Source: Eledone cirrhosa
Lineage: Eukaryota
Assembly (NCBI GenBank): GCA_964016885.1
Contig: CAXHJY010001432.1
Span: 13,277-77,276 of the forward strand
Length of the DNA stretch: 64,000 bases
Direction of reading: 5' to 3'
Positions 55,215 to 64,000 of the stretch are shown one piece after another. The notes under the pieces are model-generated. The model searched no databases, was not told the DNA's origin, and worked only from the letters and a program-made list of their open reading frames with translations. The translations under genes and the position numbers were made by a program. Position 1 is the stretch's first letter. Each line of letters begins with the position of its first letter.

Positions 55215-55750
55215 ACTCTTCTTCTTCGCCCACTTATTCCTTAGAAGGTCGTTGGGATTAGAGTCCTCAAACACTCCTTTCAGTGGGTCCTGCCACAAGC
55301 ATCCGTCACCAACTGATCCAGCTGGATCCCCAAGCGAGACCAGCCAAGCTTATGGATGTTATCCAACCATCTTGCTTGGGGTCTACCCCTGGATCTCCCG
55401 TTGGTTGGTTTTGCCCGGAAAATCTGTCCAGCAATTCTTTCTTGAGACATTCTAACCACATGCCCATAGTATCTGAGCTGTGATCTTTTAATTCAGAGAA
55501 GTAGCGGCTCTACCCAGAGTAATTCTCTGATCTCCGAGCTATAAATCTGTCCAGTGATTCTTTCCTGAGATATTCTAACCACATGCCCATAGTATCAGAA
55601 CTGTGATCTCTCATTCGGAGAAGTAGTGGCTCTACCTGGAGTAACTCTCTGGTCTCCGAGCTACTCACTCTTTCAAGTAACGTTACTCAAAAGACCCTTC
55701 AGAGGAACCACATTTCGATTGCTTGTATTCGTTATCTTCTCTGGAAGAAA
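55215..55750 (-). mobile_element. RTE-type LINE 3' fragment with an internal ~120-bp tandem duplication
   Basis: Minus translation SQLRYYGHVVRM...GRSRGRPQARWLDNI and a (AAG)n tail. About 55420-55540 is repeated at about 55542-55662. Confidence 0.7.
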
Positions 55751-56276
55751 TCTGCTGATCAGGAGAGAGGCAATTGGTTCTGCCAGGTTTAGAAGAAAAA
55801 AATGCCCCAGAATCACTGAATGACACTATGGCGCCCCTATGACTTTATCAGGAGTTATGGAAAGAAAAGAAAATGAAAATCTAATTTTGCTCTGTTCAGT
55901 CTTGTCAGGTATTTAACCTGTAGGGGATTTTCTTACAAAATGTCTTGGTATGACATTTTGTAATTCTATTTTCTGTTTTTAATAGTTATTTAATAGTTTC
56001 CGCCTCGCATCTATCTGTTACATCGGCTTCTGATTTATATTTATTATCTTCCTTGAAGACAGTATAACATATTTGTTTTGTTTGTTATATGTTGTTAACT
56101 ATTTGTATCTCTCTTAATTCTTTACAACTATATTTATTCTCCCTTATTATTTACTAGATATAATAGTCTCGCTTTATTATTTATTAGATATATCACTTTC
56201 CATATATTTATTCTTAGACATTTTTATTTGTTATTATAATAATTATTATTATTGTTATCATTATTATTATTATTCT

Positions 56277-57112
56277 GCGGTGGATTGGCTTTGTTTGTAG
56301 AGCGTTGGATACCTTGCTTCGCGACATAGTTACGTCCCTTTACGTTCTGAGTTCAAACCCCTCTCCTCCCGGGGTTAGCTTTGCCTTTCATCCTTACGAG
56401 GTCGATAAATAAATTACAAGTAATGCACTGGAGTTGATTTATTCGACTTTCCCCTCCCCTTTAAATTGCTGGCCTTGTGCCTAAAAGTTGAAAAAATTAT
56501 TATTATTATTATTATTATTATTAGGGCGGTGAATTGGTAGTGTTGGTAGAGAGTCAGACACAATTATTTGTAGCATAGAGTTACGGCCCTTTATATTTGG
56601 AGTTGAAATCCTACCGAGGTTACATTTGCCTTTATACCTTACGGGGTCGATATAATAAAGTACCAGTCACGCGCTGGGGTCGATTTAATTCCCTTCCCCC
56701 CAGATTACTGGACTTGTGCCTAAATCAGAAACCATTATTATTATTGTTGCTGTTGTGGCTGCTATTACTATCATTGTTGGTGGTGCCATCATCACCATCA
56801 TCATTATACAGTAGTCTTGTGTGTATTACGTGTTTTTACTGCATTACCGAGCGCCGATTCATGTGCCTTGGATACGTGTTATGTTTCGTTAAGGTTTTGT
56901 TCATATTATATTAAATAGGGCGGTGGATTGGTAGTATCGGTAGAGAGTCGGACGCCATGCTTTGCAGGAAAGAGTTACGGACATTTATTTTCTGAGTTCA
57001 AATCCCGCCGAGGTTAACTTTGCCATTCATCCTTACGGGGTCGATAAAATAAAGTACCAATAATACGCTGGGATAATTGCTGACCTTGTGCCAAAAGTAG
57101 AACCAATTATAT
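56277..57112 (+). mobile_element. Three tRNA-SINE copies (two head-to-tail)
   Basis: Heads at ~56277, 56523 and 56917, with (ATT)n tails. Confidence 0.83.
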
Positions 57113-57194
57113 TAAATGTAGTCTACGTAACAAGTGTGTAATTCGTAGCAGAGTGGTCATTTCTTTATGTTGTATATATTTGTAAGTTATTGAA

Positions 57195-57720
57195 TTAGAT
57201 TATATATTTGTCTGCGGGCGTTTTGGACATTTCTGAGGAGATATTATGATAGGCAATTTTTTCTGATGTTATTTCATGAATTCTAGTTATTTCCCTTTCC
57301 AGTTCTTTATATTTAAATGAGTTTTCCATTTCATTAAATGCTACATTATAATCTGTTTGAACTTTTACAATATTTGCTTTGACCTCTCTGTCTGTGTGTA
57401 TTGTTATATTGTAGAGTATAATTGAATTGTCTTTTTCTGATGGATTTTCTGGTGTAAGCCTACACCGGCTCTTTTCTGTTGGTATTTCATAATGCTGGCA
57501 TAAATTCCCCCAATGTATGTAAATCCGATGTTTATCATATTTGGGGATATATTCATTCTTAGTGAGGACTTGGCATCCAGATATAATGTGGTTAATTGTT
57601 TCTTCCCTACTTCCACATATTTCTACAGTTAATATATTCTGTTCCATTGCGTGTATTTGGTGGTTTCTGATGAGGGAGTATTTGATCTTGAGCCACAATC
57701 AAGAATACTTCATATTCAGT
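57195..57720 (-). mobile_element. R4/Dong-like non-LTR 3' fragment (zinc knuckle + restriction-like endonuclease region)
   Basis: ICGSREETINHIISGCQVLTKNEY...IHW..LCQHY...IHTDREVKAN. Confidence 0.7.
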
Positions 57721-58484
57721 TTTGAGACCTGCGTTCCTTAAACAGTGTTGCGAATTTTTCCGTCCAACCCATGCAAGCATGGAAAAGCGGACGTAAAAAG
57801 ATGTTGATGATGATGATGAAGATGATGAGGATAACTACCTCTGTAGATTTGTCAGCCATTAAACATGCCGAGGGGCCTTTCTTGTCAGTATTTTTATTAT
57901 TGCATTCTGTCACCTAGTTATTAACATTTCCTCAAGTTCTGTTATTGTTTCTCAGTTCTTGCCGAGTTTGGAACTCGGATTACAAAAATAGGGTCCTAAA
58001 TACTGATTTTTAATTTAGGCACAACGTCAGAAAATTTTGGGGACGGGTAAAGTTGATTAAATCAACGCCAGCAAAAAATTATTTCATCGACTCCGAATGA
58101 AAGGCACATATCCCTTTGGTGAGGCTTGAACTCAGAATGTAAAAATACAGACTAAATACCGTGATAACATTTCATCCGATGCTATAACAATTTTGTCATT
58201 TCACTATCCTCCTAACTCTCCTTCGTAATCTTTCGTTTTATTTGTGTGATTTGTGTTGTGAAAGGGAGGGGAGGAGAGATAAGACGAAAAGGACGAGGTA
58301 GAGAGTGAAAATGTCACTTTGAGACAGAGACAAACAAGAGGAGAGAAGACTGATGGGTATGAAAAGTAGTTTTCTATTTTAAGGTTTTGTTACATTTATA
58401 TATACCGACAATAATGAACACTGATGACAAAATTAACAAAAACATAAATGTAAGGAGTTCAATGTGTTATATATATATACATAT

Positions 58485-59390
<906 letters not shown>

Positions 59391-60044
59391 ATACTCCGTA
59401 AATTGTTATACTTGGAATATAGCGAATGATATAATTCGACCGTTGAGTAAAATACTGTTGTAAGCAGCTTCAGATTCTTGTTACATAATCAAATTAATTG
59501 ATTACACTAACGTAAACTGAATATTGCTATAACTCTCTCTCTCTCTCTCTCTCTCTGTATGTAAAAGGTAAACAGTCTTCTCAGTGTCCAATGATTAACG
59601 GTTTATACTAACTATGGGACGAGAACAAAAGATGTGTCAAATAACAGACGACCATTAGAGACTGAGAGATAAATGTTTATTATATTAATCATCGTCCCTC
59701 GGGTTAGTTATTCTGTTATAAGTTTGTTTTAACCCTTTTAACCAATCTCCCAAAATAGTTATATTAATATCAAAATATCGTTTAATGAAAAATTCGGTTG
59801 TTATTGTTATCGCTGCCTCTACTCATGTTTACTTTTTCCTCAATCTTGATTATTTTGTTACTTTCTTTCTTTCTTTCTTCCTTTCTATCTATCTTTATTT
59901 CATTATTTCTTCACTTATTGTTATTGTTATTTTGGTTTGTTTCTTTCTTTCTGGCGTTCTTTCCTTTTGTAAGTCTTTTTGTTTGTTTGTGTATATTTCG
60001 TTTAAGCAATATTATTATCTAACTTTATCAATGGTTCTCCCCCT

Positions 60045-60098
<54 letters not shown>

Positions 60099-60973
60099 AT
60101 GTGTGTGTATACCCTATATCTATCAATCTCTCTAAATATACGTATGTGTGCGCACGCATCTGTGTTAGTGTATGCATGAACGCTTGTGTATGTGGTGTAT
60201 GTGTGTGTATATATGTGCTCTTTTGTGTTTTTATGTAATATTTATATATGTATGTGTAATTATTAAAGAATATATATGTATATATTTATACATACATACA
60301 TACATACAATATTTTTTCATGACACGATAGAAATCTTTTTAAGTGATCTTAGCCGCTATAATATACAGCGTCTTGAATATCAAAAGTAATATAAACCTTT
60401 TTCCTGTGGAGTTTTTGCTTTTATTAAAAAAAAAAATTACTACTGTTCTTATTAAAAAAAAGAAAATATTTCAAATTTCTATCACTTACCAAAAGACATT
60501 TGTAGAGCTACTGCAAATAAAACAACGACCTATATTTAAGCCAATAGGCTTAGTTTATCTGCAGACGAACATAAAGTCTTAAATAAACGAATAAATAATT
60601 CCTAGACACACGATACGCTTGGTGAATCCTTCTTGACTTAATATATAAAATATACATAGGTTCCGTTTTCTTACAGATGAAATGTTTATTTTTCACTGTC
60701 AGTCTTAAAACCTTTATTATTATTATTTTCGTTTTTTCTTGTGGCTCCTTAATGGTTTCCATACGTTGGCTTCGTGGCGTTCTATGAAGTCACTCTTACT
60801 ATTACTATTATTATTATCATTATTATTACTATTCTACCTTCTACTTCTCCCTCTCTATCACTCTTACTCTCTCATTCTCACTCACCCTCTCACTCTTTCT
60901 TTCTCTCTCTCACTCACCTTTCTCTCTCTCACTCTCTCACTATCTCTCTCGCATTCTCTTTCTCTCTCTCTCG

Positions 60974-61118
<145 letters not shown>

Positions 61119-61634
61119 ACAAAGAAATACACAGACACATGCGAATACATATATACATACATATACCCACATATATCCCTGAATTTGTGTGGTGCCAACC
61201 TTAACCGTTGTTGCTCTATGAATAATAGGGACAAAATAATCTGAATGGATTAGATTGATTCAATATCAGAGCTATATAATACATTATAAAGAAAGAAGAA
61301 ACATTAGATATAAATAAAAAGATATAATATAATGAAGGAATTCAGGAATACTATATCTTTTTATTTATATCTAATGTTTCTTCTTTCTTTGCAATGTATT
61401 ATATATATATATATATATGTAGATGGAGATAGATGTAGATATATATGTGTGTGCGTGTGTGTCTATCTCTGTATTTCTCGCTCTCTCTCTCACGATTTCC
61501 CTCTCATTTCTTCTTTCTCTCACTGTCTCTTTCTCTTTTCTCTTTCTCTCTCCCTTATCCTCTCTTTCCCTCACTTTCTCACTTCTCGTTGTTTATTCAT
61601 GGGTTTCTGTTTTGGTCTCATCTTAAAATCAACT

Positions 61635-62385
61635 CCACACCACAACGCAACACACTATAACACAACACAACACACCACACAACACACAACACAGCCACCA
61701 CACCACAGCACAACACACTACAACATAACACAACACAACACAACACACAACCTACCACACCACAACACAACATAACCACAACACAACACCCAGCCACCAC
61801 AACACAATACAACACACAACCCACCACACCACAACACAACACAACCACCACACCACATCACACTACAACACACCATACCGCAACACAACACACCACACCA
61901 CAACCCCGACACCGCACCATACCATATCACACCACAAACCACCACATCACAACACAGCACACCCACCATACCAACATACAATAGAACATAACACACCACA
62001 CCACACCAAAACATAATAGAACACACCACACCACACCACAACACAACCCATAGCACACCACAGCACACCACAACACAACCCACTACTCCCAACCATAGCA
62101 CACCACACCACAACTCTCCACACCACAACACAACCCACTACTCCCAACCATAGCACACACCACACCACACCACAACTCACCACAACACAACCCACTACTC
62201 CCAACCATAGCACACCACACCACAACACAACCCACTACTTCCAACCATAGCACACCACACCACAACACAACACAACTCTCCACACCACACCACAATCCAC
62301 CACCACACCCCAATCCACAACACCCCAATCCACCACATCCCGCTACCCCACTCTACCACAACACCACACCCCACCACACCACAAT
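61635..62385. repeat. C/A-rich 5-mer-based repeat with a ~40-bp higher unit
   Basis: (CACAA/CACAC)n, with repeated acaacccactactcccaaccatagcacacc. Confidence 0.85.
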
Positions 62386-62566
62386 GATATTCAACAGCTA
62401 CAGTTATATAAGGAATATATAGCTATCCCATTCTTCTGATACCAGAACTGTAACACATTTCCTGTTACTATTTCGGATGTTGCTTTCCTTTACTTCTTAT
62501 AAAGAATCACCCTCATTTAAAGAAAGGATATATAGATGGGAGGGGGGATTATATGATTATTATTAG

Positions 62567-63250
62567 AGGGGCGGTGGATTGGCAGTATCGGTAGAGGATC
62601 GGACACCATGCTTTGACGCATAGTTACGGCCCTTTCCGAGTTCAAATCCCGCCGAGGTTAACTTTGCCTTTCATCCTTACGGGGTCGATAAAATAAAGTA
62701 CCAGTATTGCACAGGGATAATTGCTGGCCTTGTGCCAAAAGTAGAAACAATTATTAGAGGGTAGTGGATTGGCAGTATCGGTAGAACGTCTGATAGCATG
62801 CTTCGTGGCATATAGTTATGGCCCTTTACGTTCTGAGCTAAAATCCTGTCTTTCATCCTAATGGGGTCGATAAAATTATGTACCAGTCGCACTCTGGAGT
62901 CGATATAATTGACTTTTCCATCCCCTAAAAGATTGCTGGCCTTGTTCCTAAATCAGAAATCATTATCAGAAGGCAGAGGATTGGCAGTAATCGGTAGAGC
63001 GTCGAGCAACATGCTATATGGCACATAGTTATGGCCCTTTTTGTTCTGAGTTCAAATCTCACCGAGGTTAACTTTGCCTTTCATCCTTACGGGTCGATAA
63101 AATACAGTACCAGTATTGCACTTTCCCCTTCCCCCAAATTGCTGGCCTTGTGCTTATGGTAGAAATAATAATAATTATTATTAGAGGGCAGTGGATCTGT
63201 AGAGCGTCCTATAAAATGATTTGTAATATTTAGCTACATCCCTTTACGTT
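62567..63250 (+). mobile_element. Head-to-tail tandem of 3-4 tRNA-SINE copies
   Basis: Heads at ~62567, 62758, 62970 and 63184, each starting in the (ATT)n tail of the previous copy. Confidence 0.85.
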
Positions 63251-63930
63251 CCCGATATAAGGTATGACTCTCTTTGTTTATTTTTTTATATGAATATTGA
63301 TTGTTTGTTCCTGTATCTCATGTCTGTTATTTTACCTGAGAAAATATCTCTATGTGTCCTGAAACAGTACGCACAGATATTTATTTTTTTCATATCCAAT
63401 TGAGTTCTTCGCACGAGGCTTGAATTCTTGTCAGAGTTCAATGACCTGCGTGTGTATTATTTTTTCACGGTAGCCTCCTCCTCCCATTTTGAGGACAGTG
63501 TGAGATTTTCTTTCGAACTGCTGGACTTACAACCTAACAGGTCTTGCTAGCAGGGATGGTGAGTATCGCTAAATATTGATGTTGATTTAGTTATTAATAT
63601 TAATATTATTGGGCACCCACTGAAGATTTATAAGAGCCCACTTGCATAAGAATCCACCGATCTTACACAAGTTTCAACTTAACTTGGTATAATTTCACCC
63701 ACCATGTAGAAATCTTACAATGAAACGATTCGTTTGGGAAATGAGATCTTTAATATATCTCATATAAAAGAATACAACCAATTATCCGCACAATACAATA
63801 TAGTTAGCACCCCAAACATTTAATTGGGAATATACTCCGGTATTTCCTAAGGTTTGTTGAGTGAGATGGAAATTGGTCGGAGTATCGCTATTAGCTTTCT
63901 CCGTTTATGTAATTATATATATATATATAT

Positions 63931-64000
63931 AATGATATTAAATAAATGGAAACTATATTTATAAAACCATATTTCTTCTATTATATATATTTCAAGGGTA
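63931..64000 (-). mobile_element. Start of another copy of the 12353 hammerhead fold-back family
   Basis: aatgatattaaataaatggaaactatatttataaa...tttcaagggta is nearly identical to 12354-12423. Confidence 0.75.

Noticed and set aside
63340-63375. Possible hammerhead CTGAGAA...GAAACAGTA
   Set aside because: The core and stem II are too degenerate to support.

Overview
Eukaryotic, AT-rich, microsatellite-dense non-coding DNA. The repeat repertoire resembles an octopus/cephalopod genome (inference). I found no host protein-coding exon. Main contents: (1) a near full-length but disrupted Penelope-like retroelement (RT + GIY-YIG) with inverted pLTR-type repeats at ~1.79-5.30 kb; (2) a near full-length decayed RTE-type LINE at ~16.4-20.0 kb; (3) an ~8.7 kb array of 45-bp monomers at 21.7-30.4 kb that is an amplified 5' tRNA-like head of the local SINE; (4) dozens of tRNA-derived SINE copies, plus Helitron ends, a TIR MITE family, and mariner, CRE-like, R4-like and RTE fragments. 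The most notable signal is about 11 type-I hammerhead-ribozyme motifs in short elements, most of them next to (TA)n tracts. There is also a family of half-hammerheads whose truncation or fold-back points repeatedly fall in hammerhead stem II. All structures were paired by eye and most repeat boundaries are approximate.
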